From: Flaccisagitta enflata
Taxonomy: Eukaryota
Direction of reading: 5' to 3'
Assembly: GCA_965153355.1 (NCBI GenBank)
Contig: OZ231126.1
Span: 36,642,001-36,706,000 of the forward strand
Length of the DNA stretch: 64,000 bases
Positions within the stretch are counted from its first letter, which is position 1; every line of letters starts with the position of its first letter. A program made the position numbers and the translations under genes. The notes under the pieces are model-generated. The model was not told the origin of the DNA. It saw only the letters and a program-made list of their open reading frames with translations, and ran no database searches. Of this stretch, positions 10,432-21,754 are shown one piece after another.

Positions 10432-11654
10432 TAACAGCTCTCAGAAACATATAAAGAATATCATTTCCTCTTGTCCATTTTAAACTAGACCAATATTGAC
10501 CTGAGGAATCAACTCAGACCGTTAAAAATGCTCTCAGGTCAATTTTTCGATCCCCATGGCCTAAGGTTCTTAGGTCAAAAACCATATAAGGTCAAATTTT
10601 CAAAATTTGAAATGTGCATATCTGATTGCAGATTCAGAATCTTTGTAAAAAACTGTATGTTGAAAGTGCCTTCCTTTTTTAAAAATTCTGACCAGAACAT
10701 TGTCAAAATTGACGTTTTAAGTCAAAATTAGCGAAATTTTAAACAAAAGCGCAATTCTTACTCTATTTATACCTTTAACGTCAAATTTGACAATGTTCTA
10801 GTTAGAATTTTGAAAAAAGGAAGACACTTTTTACAGGCGGTTTTTTTACAAGGATTCTGAATCTGCAATCAAATATGTATATTTCCCATTTTGAAAATTT
10901 GACCATACTATCTTAGAAATAAAAAGGTTTCCACACAATTACATCTATATCTCAGACTTTAATCAACAAACTATCAAAAAATTAGTGAGATTAATAAAGC
11001 CCTTCAAATTTGCAAGCAATCTTTGCAAACTACATCTCTCTAACTAAATACATTAAAAAGTTAATCAACTTTGAATGAAATGTTTCAATTATGTTTTTGC
11101 CATTACTACACAATCTTCAAATGATAACACATCGTTTTTTTCAAATAACTTCTAAACACATTGAGCTAGACAGATGCGGTTTGTGTAGACTGCCAGCAAA
11201 TTTGAATGGCTACATTTATGTCACTAATTTTGTTATGATTTGTTGAATCTCTTTGGACCCATTAGTTTAAACGTAGCAAAATAAAAAATCAAGAAAATCC
11301 CTAGAAAGTTCTGGAGCGCCATCACTCCAGAGTACTACGGAAAGCCCTGCAAACAGCTTCTCTGATGAATAGCGGCAGTTATTCAGTCAGAGGAGGCTAA
11401 TATAAGATATTAATGGATTCGCAATTGATTTGTGTTCATTTTTATGTCAATAAATGAAGTAATGTTACAGGTGGAAACCTTTTTATTTCTAAGATAGTAT
11501 ATGGTTTTTGACCTGAGAACCTTAGGCCATGGGGATCGAAAAATTGACCTGAGAACATTTCTGATAGTCTGAGTGGATTCCCCACCTCAATATTGGTCTA
11601 GTCTCAAATGGACGATAGCAAGTCATGATTTTTGATAATTTCTGAGAGCTGTTA
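10432..11654. mobile_element. Foldback-type MITE with 10-bp TSD (Mutator-like target length)
   Basis: TIR TAACAGCTCTCAGAAA / TTTCTGAGAGCTGTTA, arms pair for hundreds of bp; CCACTTGTAT at 10422-10431 and 11655-11664. Confidence 0.9.
10908..11497. mobile_element. 590-bp TA-flanked MITE nested in the foldback element
   Basis: Perfect 27-bp TIR CTATCTTAGAAATAAAAAGGTTTCCAC with TA on both sides. Confidence 0.9.
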
Positions 11655-11809
11655 CCACTTGTATCAAATATGGTCAAAGAAGTCCATTCAAAGCACATAC
11701 CGCAGCGCACACACCAGTGTAGCATTTGAGCTTCCCGCTTCCGTGAAGTAGCCTTCTATTTCGAATGCAAGCGTTGACTAACGGAACCATCGAACGAAGA
11801 CGCGAGTCT

Positions 11810-11850
<41 letters not shown>

Positions 11851-12249
11851 GTAAAAAAAACGATTTACTTTAGAATATGTACTGTGGACTACTGCCTTAT
11901 CGGCACCTGATTTAAGTGAGTGAATGAGAGAGAATACAAGGTTTGGGTGCTTCACATAGCAAAAGTTGGGGATTACTTTTTATTACTCAAATTTAATATC
12001 AAATAACTAAAGTCAGAATAATTATATTTCATTCTTTCATTATAAATTATTCTTCATTTGTGTAAAAAAAATTTGGAAAACTTTATTCATATGAATAAAC
12101 TAATTCTTTGAAAAAAAACTACAAATAATTTTTTTGAAAATTCAAAAAAAAAAATTTGAAAAATTATTTTAAACTTTATTTAAATAGTGATATCTTTTTT
12201 ACATGTAAGTCATTTTTATTTATTCAACATAGCAAAATACAACTGCTTA

Positions 12250-12889
12250 CACTTTTTTTTTAAGAATGTTAATTGTTTTCTGAAGCCTTCAAAAGAGATA
12301 GAGATACACATCTTTTTTTTTATAAAAACCAAGTCTATAAAAATGTTGGGCTTCAAATCGTTAAAAATTTAAGAACATGCTAACAAGATTGGAAGGCTTA
12401 ATTTCTTCAAATATTTAAGAATATTAAAAATCTTAAAAATAAAAATATTAAAAATATTAAAAATATTAAAAATATTAAAAATCTTAAAAATGTTAGAACA
12501 TTCTTCCTGGGCTATTTTTTTTTATCAATTATTCTTTGTATATAGACAGACTATCTTTTCTGTTCAGCAAATTATGTCTCAATGTAGCAGCATATATCGT
12601 TCTACTTCTTTCATTAATATGTATTAGTGTGCATTAGTATATATACTTAAACTGATTAAGAGCATTATTAATTGAAGATTAAAAAGTGCATTTAGATTAA
12701 GAACAATTTAAGAACATTTAAGCCTTGAAACTGCTCAAAATTTAAGAATATTGAAGGCTTGCCCATAAAATAATGTTCTTATAAAAAAAAGTGTAGCTAT
12801 TAGTCAGATAACTATAACATTTCTAATTCTTAAACTAATTCAAGGCTTGATGTTATTATAAACTAGGTTCTTTTCAAAGATAAAAAGTG
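12250..12889. mobile_element. Short TAAGAAC-family MITE (outer copy)
   Basis: TA|CACTTTTTTTTTAAGAA ... AAAAAGTG|TA; once the inner element is removed, the body resembles 1573-1676. Confidence 0.65.
12307..12793. mobile_element. Long TAAGAAC-family MITE (inner copy)
   Basis: TA|CACATCTTTTTTTTTATAAAAACC ... GTTCTTATAAAAAAAAGTG|TA; repeated TAAGAAC motifs. Confidence 0.65.
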
Positions 12890-14031
12890 TAATTGATTAT
12901 TGTTGCAATACTTACAATATTTGAAATTGCTTTATACACACTTTTATGATTTTTATTTGTTTTTATTTTCTCTAATTAAAGTAAATAAGGTGAAGGGACA
13001 CTTTTGCCATGTGAAGCACCCTAGTACATGACTAGGACTGACGATATAAACAGAATCTTGATCAATGACCATCTATTTCCAACTTTGATCAAGATGTGCT
13101 CAGAACATCTTGCTTCATGCATACAAATGGTCAGTTGGTCTGATTGTCATGCAAATCACTCAACGCCTTGCCACGCCATACCATTGAAGCGAAGTCTTCC
13201 CGGGATTGAAAAGTGGACCAGCGACATAAAACGAAGCATCCACAACCTGGGCAGAAATCAATGTCTGTCACAAAGAGGTAGCGGCCATGTCGCGTCGTTA
13301 AAAACACATTGAAAAAGAAAAGGTAGGATGCAAACACTGAAAAAGAAAGGGAAGAATGCATATTGCATAGTTATACGTTAGCCCTAAACAGTGTAATGAG
13401 ACAAACTATGTGTTCATTGAGAAGTTCTTAACGGTCGTTAATGTTGGGTCTCAATCTCTGAACCAGAAAAGACAAAATGACCAATCTCTCATCAAAAAAC
13501 TGATAGACTGACCGTAAATAGAGATATGGCGCGGGCAGTGAATAATCGTCCAAATGAAGCCGTAAAAAGAGAGATACACGAACCGTCCTTCTTCCGACGT
13601 CCGGGCCAAAGGATCGCGGACAGACAGTCCGCCGTAGAGAGAGAGAGCCACAGAAAAGTGATGAATACCCAGCGCGCGTGTCTATGCCCGTGCACCGACG
13701 TAAACAAACGCGCCAATCCGCGGCGGGATGAATATTTTTTTTTATTTTGAGATCGCCAAATATTTATAGAGTATTTCCGTAGTATTGTCAAAGCAGAATA
13801 ATGAAATATATAGCGTCAGCCTCTTGTCGGCAGTAGCGGGATAACCGCGACATAAGGAATGACAGATACTTTAGAAATAGCTTGAGCATCTGGAAATGTC
13901 AATAGCGCAGAAAAATCGCACACAAAATTAAATACGTAGCGTAAATCGAGAGAAAAATGCCGTTTCATCGCCGGACCGGGCACAACACTAACCATGACGT
14001 CATTTAAGTTTATTTTCATAGTACTTTACAC

Positions 14032-14066
<35 letters not shown>

Positions 14067-14444
14067 AGGCAACGGCGATACGAATCTTCCCTGCTTAACA
14101 CGACAATCGCGCGATAGCGAAAACCAACTTTCGGTCACTTCACAGAAGACTTGGAGACTACGTAAATTAAGTTTTCTCATAAGATCCCCAAGACGTTTTC
14201 CCAGGCTCTTGAGACCGCGATTTTCGAATTCCTCGTGAAAAATTTAGCGGAATATGAGAAAACCGTGCCTTTTTGGCAAAACCGAAATTAAAAATCACAT
14301 CCGTTTTGATCAGTACTACCCTCAATTATTTTGCCGCCATTTTTTTCCATCGATGGTAACTAGATGGAATCAGTTTCTTTCTTTGATACTTAGATTATAA
14401 TGTCGCATCACCAGGTTTGATCCCAATATCAACCGACAAAGAAT

Positions 14445-14731
14445 AGAAGAAGAAGAAGAAGAAGAAGAAGAAGAAGAAGAAGAAGAAGAAGAAGAAGAAG
14501 AAGAAGAAGAAGAAGAAGAAGAAGAAGAAGAAAAAAGAAAAAAAAAGAAAAAGAAGAGGACCAGGAAAAAGAAGAAGACCATGAAGAGGTAGAAGAAAAT
14601 GACTATGAAGAAGAAGAAGAAGAAGAAGAAGCAGAAAGAAAAAGAAGAATGAGAAGAAGAAGAAGAAGAAGAAGAAGAAGAAGAAGAAGAAGAAGAAGAA
14701 GAAGAAGAAGAAGAAGAAGAAGAAGAAGAAG
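14445..14731. repeat. (GAA)n microsatellite, interrupted
   Basis: Direct inspection. Confidence 0.95.
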
Positions 14732-15304
14732 AACAAGTCATCCAAGGATCGCACATGGTCAGCGGTACCTGATGCCCTGCTTGGAGTGATTAGCTGAAGA
14801 AGTGGAGTAGGACACAGGGGTGAAGTTCCATACGTCCTCAGATGGCATATTTGGGGTAATTTTCTGTGATATTCATTCGGAATTTTGTTTTGTTTTTTTT
14901 CAATTTTCTGTTAATTTGCCATGTTATTCAATGAGAATTTGAAGTCTGAGAGGCTGGATTTAGGGCCCAAGAGGCTCGATTTGAGGCCCAAGAGGCTGGA
15001 TTTGAGGCCCAAGAGGCTGGATTGGAGGCCTGAGAGGCTGGATTTGAGGCCTGAGAGGCTGGATTTGAGGCCTGAGAGGCTGGATTTGAGGCCTGAGAGG
15101 CTGGATTTGAGGCCTGAGAGGCTTGATTTGAGGCCTGAGAGGCCAGATTTGAGGCCTGAGAGGCCAGATTTGAGGCCTGAGAGGCTGGATTTGAGGCCTG
15201 AGAGGCTTGAGAAGCTTCGGAGGGGGGGGGGACGTACGTACGTACGTAATGTCAGACGGACGTAACGGTTCACCCCTGTGTCCTAGAGGACATCGGCCCA
15301 AAAA
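14732..15304 (-). mobile_element. Family B element with 21-bp array (GAGAGGCTGGATTTGAGGCCT)n
   Basis: AACAAGTCATCCAAGGATCGCACATGGTCAGCGGTACC tail; about 12 units at 14945-15205; CCCCTGTGTCCTAGAGGACATCGGCCCAAAAA end. Confidence 0.85.
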
Positions 15305-15305
15305 G

Positions 15306-15900
15306 AATAGTCCCAATAGCGTTAGATGGTCAGCGGTACCCATGCCCTGCCTAAGTAGGTTGTGGTTAAGTTGAGGGGGGAGCAGGGCAGCGGCCCCGAA
15401 GGGGTCGATGACCTATGCTTTCACACACATGGGGGATTTTCTCCTTCTCCTCCTTCTCCTCCTCCGTCCCTTCCCCCTCAAATCCCAGTCTCGAGGCCCA
15501 AATTCCAGTCTCAAGGCCCAAATCCCAGTCTTGAGGCCCAAATCCCAGCCTCAAGGCCCAAATCCTAGCCTCAAGGCCCAAATCCTAGCCTGGAGGCTGA
15601 GATTTGGGCCTCAAGGCCGGGATCTGGGCCTCTTGGCTGAGATTTTGATGTTGAGGCTGAAATTTGGGCTTCAAGACTGAAATCTGGGCCTCCAGGCTAG
15701 GATTTGGGCCTTGAGACTAGGATTGGGGCCTTGAGGCTGGGATTTGGGCCTCAAGACTGGGATTTGGGCCTCGAGACTGGAATTTGGGCCTCGAGACTGG
15801 GATTTGAGGGGGGGGACGTAGAAGAAGGAGGAGAAGGAGAAAATCCCCCATACGTGTGAAAGCATAGGTCATCGACACCTTCGGGGCCGCTGCCCAAAAA
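15306..15900 (-). mobile_element. Family B3 element with inverted 20-bp arrays (foldback)
   Basis: GGGCAGCGGCCCCGAAGGGGTCGATGACCTATGCTTTCACAC / GTGTGAAAGCATAGGTCATCGACACCTTCGGGGCCGCTGCCCAAAAA. Confidence 0.85.
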
Positions 15901-16416
15901 GAAGAAGGAGAAGAAGATGATATATTAGCAAGAATATCATCTACCTCTAACAGATAGAATTCATTGCTGTCATGCGGGGTTCAACTGTAACTGAACAAAT
16001 ACCACTTAGTTAAAAAAATACCGCTCCCATCTATTAATTGATAAAACAGATATAAGAAATAATTTTAGCTATTTTTAAGAAAGACATGTTAAAAGATTTT
16101 CAAAAAATCTAAACCAATTCCAGGTCTGTATCTCAAACGGTTTAGGAGCTAGAGCTCTGCAAAGAGAAGCACAATTTTGCTAAAATGCACTTTTTTCATA
16201 GGGATTGTGAAACTGAAATAAGCAACGTTTTTACTCAAACTGATGCCATTTTTAAACAAAAAAAGATATCAATACCAGATTGGCGCCAAATGAAAGTACT
16301 GTTAAAGGGCTTTAAAATTATCTAAGATTTTTTTTATCTAAGATTTATTGGCTAAATTAAGCATTCAAAAGTGCGTCTTTTTTTTTTTTTTGATCCGCGT
16401 GGTTCACACGCAAGCT

Positions 16417-16564
<148 letters not shown>

Positions 16565-17877
16565 GACATTTAGAACGAGGGAGGATCACAGATTTTCTCT
16601 CCTGGTGCGACCAAAACTACTTAAAAGAGATTGCCTTGATTGAACCGTTTGCGACGCTATGCGACAATGAGTACAGGCCTGATCGTCTTACATACTGTAG
16701 ATATATGTAAAATTAACCTACCTGTCAATGTGCATCAAAATGCGAGCACTTTAAGTCGGCCAAACAGAAGTTTTAATATTTTTTTGTTTTGTAGTAATGT
16801 CACTCTAAAATCTAAAAATATCCTAATTTGCATCGTTGAAACATTCATGAATTTAGTATACAATTCCGGTGAGGTATATTTATAGTTACGACATGTCAGG
16901 TGAATAGCAGGCATTGTTCTGCACTGAGATTAGCGCGAAAAAAATCATTTTTTGAGTAAATATTGAATTTAAAAATTATAATTATCATTATTATATGGAA
17001 ACTCAGATATTGCGATGGCAAGAATCTTATTCTAGGCTGTCTCCTCGTCATGGAGATATTTTCATAATTATATTACTATGTATTTATCATGATTAGTTTT
17101 AAAAATTAAAGATATATTCCCACATGGACGGCAAAGGTGTATCGTTGCGGAGTTCTCATCTACTGCTAAAACTTACGTAAATGACGTCTTGCTTCTTTCG
17201 CATTTTTTCATAAGCATAACTTCACTTAAACATTTTTCTTCTTCTATTTCCTTTTTTCCTTTTCGTTTCGCGTTCATAGCAGTGTGTCTGAGAGCTGTTG
17301 ACCAGTCCTAATTGATTCACTATACCGCTGCCAGATGGCAGCTTCGATCGGTCAAAATGAGAGGACAAAAGAGCAACTGAACGTAGTATTAAAAAATAGC
17401 ATATTTTGGCATTTTTGGCGGGGTAAATGGTAGGTAAATTTTAATGGGATAGGTATCTTGAAAATTCACCAACTACCATTTGATACGTCACATCATTTTG
17501 CACTAATGTGTACAATGAGTTTTAACCCTTGAAATTGGAAGCCTATTGAAACAGCGGCATTCAACGTTTATTTATTACTTGGCGCAAAGCAAGGAACGTC
17601 GCTTTGTCAATTTACTATTTAATATCAGCAATCTCACCATGACCAAAGACCAGATGCGCCGCGCATTTCTTTTTGCCGTCTCTTCGTTATTAGGGGTGAG
17701 TTCATATTCATTTTTTCACATTAAAAAATGCTTTGGCTTGGTAGCGTTTGGATTGCAAAATTCAACCGTTCTTGCATGTACCCTTAGGCTGAATATATTT
17801 CATCCATATCATCCATCCATATCATATAATACTTTAAGTGTCGACGACGGCAATATTTGACCCGAGAAGAAATGGTT

Positions 17878-18366
17878 AACTAGTCATGCAAGGATCGTAC
17901 ATGGTCAGCGGTACCCTTGGAGTGATCCAGACTCCAGTGAAGAAGTGGAGTGATAGCAGGGCAGCAGCCCAAAAAGGTCGATATCCTGTAGAACACGGGT
18001 GAATTTCCAGACATCCTGACTCCTGAGGGGGCATATATCAGGCCTTAGATGTCTGATTTAGGCCACTGAAGGCATATTTGAGGGTTGGAGGGCAAAGTTT
18101 AGGCACAGAGGGCTGAGTTGAATCTTGGAGGGCTTATTGATGGTCTATGTATAGGGCAGATTTGAGGTCTAAAGGGCAGATTTGAAGCACGGGGGCTGAT
18201 TTGAAGTCTATAGGGCTGATTTGAGGCCTGATGGACTTTATTGAGACCTGGGAGGGCCAATTTTGAGGCCTCGATGTTCAACCAGGGGGGGGCTGGATGG
18301 ACGGAAAGATGGATGGATGGAAGGACGAACATCTGGAAATTCCCCTTTGGGGCCGCTGCCCAAAAA
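17878..18366 (-). mobile_element. Family B element (diverged array)
   Basis: AAGGATCGTACATGGTCAGCGGTACCC tail; GGGGCCGCTGCCCAAAAA terminus; degenerate GGGCTGATTTGAGGCC units. Confidence 0.8.
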
Positions 18367-18510
18367 GCGGATGATGTCAGTGTTATGGGAAACATAGCAA
18401 TTATTAACATTCCTTTGTTTTGAATTCATTACATTTTCAGACAAGCCGTCGTCTATAACTGCCATTATTCATAATCGTCAGTTTTGTCAAATTTCTCTAT
18501 CAGCAAGCCT

Positions 18511-18747
<237 letters not shown>

Positions 18748-19061
18748 TTGGACATTGCTTTGTTATCAATCAAATTTCTAATTTTTGACACTCATAGTAA
18801 ATCTTGCGCGTTTTTCCATCAATTCAATTGTTCGAGTTCGAATGATGTAATAATACTCGCCGTACTACGAGTGTTGTTTACATATCATCCAGGTCATTTC
18901 AACGCTTCTACGTAAAAAAGATTATCAGTGGATATTGCCTTTTTTTTTGTCGCCATAGTCGCATTTGAGTCATTGAGTTGTTTTGATCTATCCGGCATCA
19001 TCATCATCATCCTTTACTCAACTGTCCATTTGTCATCATCATTTTCATCATCATCTTCTTC

Positions 19062-19545
19062 TTTTTTTGGCAACGGCCCCGTAAGGCTGATGACGTACGC
19101 TTCCAAATACACGGAAATGTCTCTTCCTCCTTCTACTCAGCCCCCCCCCCTTTACGAGACACAAATCCCGGCCTCAAATCTGATCTCCCATCCTGGCATT
19201 CCTTACCAAGCCTTAGGGTTCAATAATCAGCTTCAGGGCTCAAATCTCAGCCTCAAAAATAAAATCTCAGCTATAAGACCCAACCCAAATTCCAGTCTTG
19301 AAGCCTAAATCCAAGCTTCAAGACTCAAACCCTAGTTTCAAGGCCCAAATCCCAGCTTTGAGGCTCAAATCCCAGTCTTGAGGCCTAAAACTCAGCTTTG
19401 AAGCTCAAATCTCAGCTTTGAATCTCAAATCTTGGCTTTGAGGCTCAAATTCCAGCCGCAAGACTCTAATCCCAACCTTGGAGACCCCTCTCAACCTCAG
19501 GGCTCAAATGATAACGTGCCATAGGTCCTTTGGGGCCACTAGCCC
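19062..19545 (+). mobile_element. Degenerate family B3 element
   Basis: TTTTTTTGGCAACGGCCCC start; degenerate AGGCTCAAATCCCAGTCTTG units; CATAGGTCCTTTGGGGCCAC end. Confidence 0.6.
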
Positions 19546-20011
19546 CCTCATCGCCTCATCCTTTCATAAACTAGCTTGGTTGCAACGGTTATCGCTGTCC
19601 ATCGGACGTTTTTGCGACTAATAAGTTCAATGAAAATGACTTTTTTTTTCCTCATCATCATCATCATGGCCATCATCATGATCAACATGATCATCATCAC
19701 CCCCATCGTCATGGTCATCGTTACCATCATTATTATCATTAACATCAATAGTGTCAACATTATCACCATCGGTGTATTTTCATTATCAATAAAAGAATCC
19801 TTATCGTATCGCATCATCATTCCATCGATATAACCTTTAGGACTTCATTACAAGACATCTCAACTGTTAGCTAATTCTGTTCAGTTTGTCGTATAGCCAT
19901 CAGACCGTTACGAATACGATCCCTCGTGACTGCTGCTTGTTTTCCTTTTATGACCGGGTTGATAACGGGCAAATACGCCAACCGATGCTCTTTTATTCCG
20001 TTTCCGGTGGG

Positions 20012-20080
<69 letters not shown>

Positions 20081-20174
20081 TCCCCGTTCGATTTTCGTGT
20101 TTTCAAAAAAAGCCTTCCGGATAGATGGACTGACAGACTGACAGACGGACAGAGCCCCGGACAGGAAAAAGGAG

Positions 20175-20644
20175 AATAGTCGCAAAAGTGTTAGATGGTC
20201 GGCGGTACCCGTGCCCTGCTTAAGTAGGTTGTGGTTGAAGTTGATGGGGAGCAGGGCAGCAGCCCCGAAGGGGTGGATGACCTATGCTTTCACACATATG
20301 GGGAGTTTTCTCCTCCTCCTTCTTCTCCTTCTCCGCACCCCCCCTCCCCCAGCCTCCAGGCCCATATTTCAGCATCAAGGCCCATATCCCAGCCTCGAGA
20401 CACAAATTCCAGTCTTGAGGCCCAAATCCCTTGAGGCTGGAATTTGGGCCTTGAGGTTTGGATTTGGGCCTCAAGACTGGGATTTGGGCCTTGAGGCTGG
20501 GATATGGGCCTTGAGGCTGAGATATGGGCCTCAAGGCTGGGGAGGGGGGTACGAAGGAGAAGAAGAAGAAGAAGAAGGAGGAGAAAATTCCCCATATGTG
20601 TGAAAGAATAGGTCATCGACACCTTCGGGGCCGCTGCCCGAAAA
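20175..20644 (-). mobile_element. Family B3 element with inverted 20-bp arrays
   Basis: Same tail and IRs as 15306-15900 with a shorter array. Confidence 0.85.
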
Positions 20645-20665
20645 CGATCATCAAAGAGATTAGAA

Positions 20666-20894
20666 AACAAGTGACGTAGAGTCACAACAGCGTTGCGGAC
20701 GGGTGGACACGGGCATCCATCCCCCAGCCTCACCCCTTTCCCCAACCACTCTCCAACACACTCAGACATACACAATATCAACTGCAGCATCATAAATGCG
20801 CGTTTTTCACGTTTTGACTTGAGCATGACGGACCAATGAACCAACGGACCGACGGATGGATAAAGCCTCTTATAGCCTTCCGTGTCCGCAACTA
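20666..20894 (-). mobile_element. Family A2 element
   Basis: AACAAGTGACGTAGAGTCAC..GTTGCGGAC ... GTGTCCGCAACTA. Confidence 0.75.
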
Positions 20895-21484
20895 CACAGT
20901 CATCAATCTCGATTGGGAAAAAGTATTAAGCTTTTACTGTCAGATGCTTCTTCTCAATGACTTGGAATTGATTTTTCTATATGGTACTATGTTTGACGTT
21001 TTTTGTGTCAAAATTTCATTGCTCTGCATCAAATATTTTGTCCACAATATCAATTTGAAGTAAAACAAGTATTTTTGGCTAAAGCTCGATTCATCCTTTT
21101 TTCATCAAAACTATTTTCCCTCATTTTTGATCGGATTGAGCTACAAATGCTTAAAAAGTCTCAAATTATAGATGTTTTTTCAAAATTCATAAAGATACCT
21201 TCAACTGAGACAAATCTGACATTTATTGCTCAATCCAGTGAGACATAAGAGCAAATCGAAGAAAAATAGTTTGATGAACTAAGGTTAAATTGAGCTGTAT
21301 CTGAAAATGCTTGTTTTTCTTCAAATTGATGTTGTGGACAAAGTATTTAACTCAGACCAATGAAATTTTGACACAAAAAACGTCAAACATAGTACTATAA
21401 AAGAATACAAATTCCAGAACAGTGAGGAGAAGCAGGTGAGAGCAAAAGCTTAACACTTTTTCCCAGTCGAGATTGATGACCCGG
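20895..21484. mobile_element. 590-bp TA-flanked palindromic MITE
   Basis: Long TIRs (GTCATCAATCTCGATTGGGAAAAAGT / ACTTTTTCCCAGTCGAGATTGATGAC) extending well over 150 bp; TA on both sides. Confidence 0.85.
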
Positions 21485-21754
21485 TAAAATACGTGTGCAA
21501 CGCTTTCAATGATGGATTACTCAATTTGTGGTCACGCCAATCTGCCTTGGGTGACTCTTGGTCCGAATCATGGCTCTCACTTCTAAACACTCAATCTCCG
21601 AGCTCCATCTCGAGCTTCTTTTCTTTCTCTTTTCGAATCTACCTATCTATCTGCCTATCAATCTTCTTTTCTATCTTTAAATTATATGAATTTATAACAG
21701 GTCATTATCAAAAACGTAGCTATTTTTGTAAGGAGATCTAAAAGAAATAGCCAT

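Larger units (their letters stand above)
11945..13021. mobile_element. MITE with GGGTGCTTCACAT TIRs, host to two nested MITEs
   Basis: 22-bp TIR with 1 mismatch: GGGTGCTTCACATAGCAAAAGT / ACTTTTGCCATGTGAAGCACCC; no clean TSD. Confidence 0.75.

Noticed and set aside
8469..12889. One large composite TAAGAAC element
   Set aside because: The right end at 12889 pairs better with the left end at 12250, and the large pairing would cross the 11945-13021 element
13060..13145. Local hairpin as a pre-miRNA
   Set aside because: Short interrupted stem with no match to conserved miRNAs that I recognise
14945..15205. 20-21-bp arrays here and at 39600, 50900 and 51720 as CRISPR arrays
   Set aside because: The units are contiguous with no unique spacers, there are no cas genes, and the context is eukaryotic transposons
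15380..15430. Family B inverted repeat as a hammerhead or HDV-like ribozyme
   Set aside because: The CTGATGA...GAAA core is not conserved across copies and the hairpins are explained as transposon ends
17522..17879. piggyBac-like MITE bounded by TTAACC...GGTTAA
   Set aside because: The putative TIRs do not match beyond a few bases
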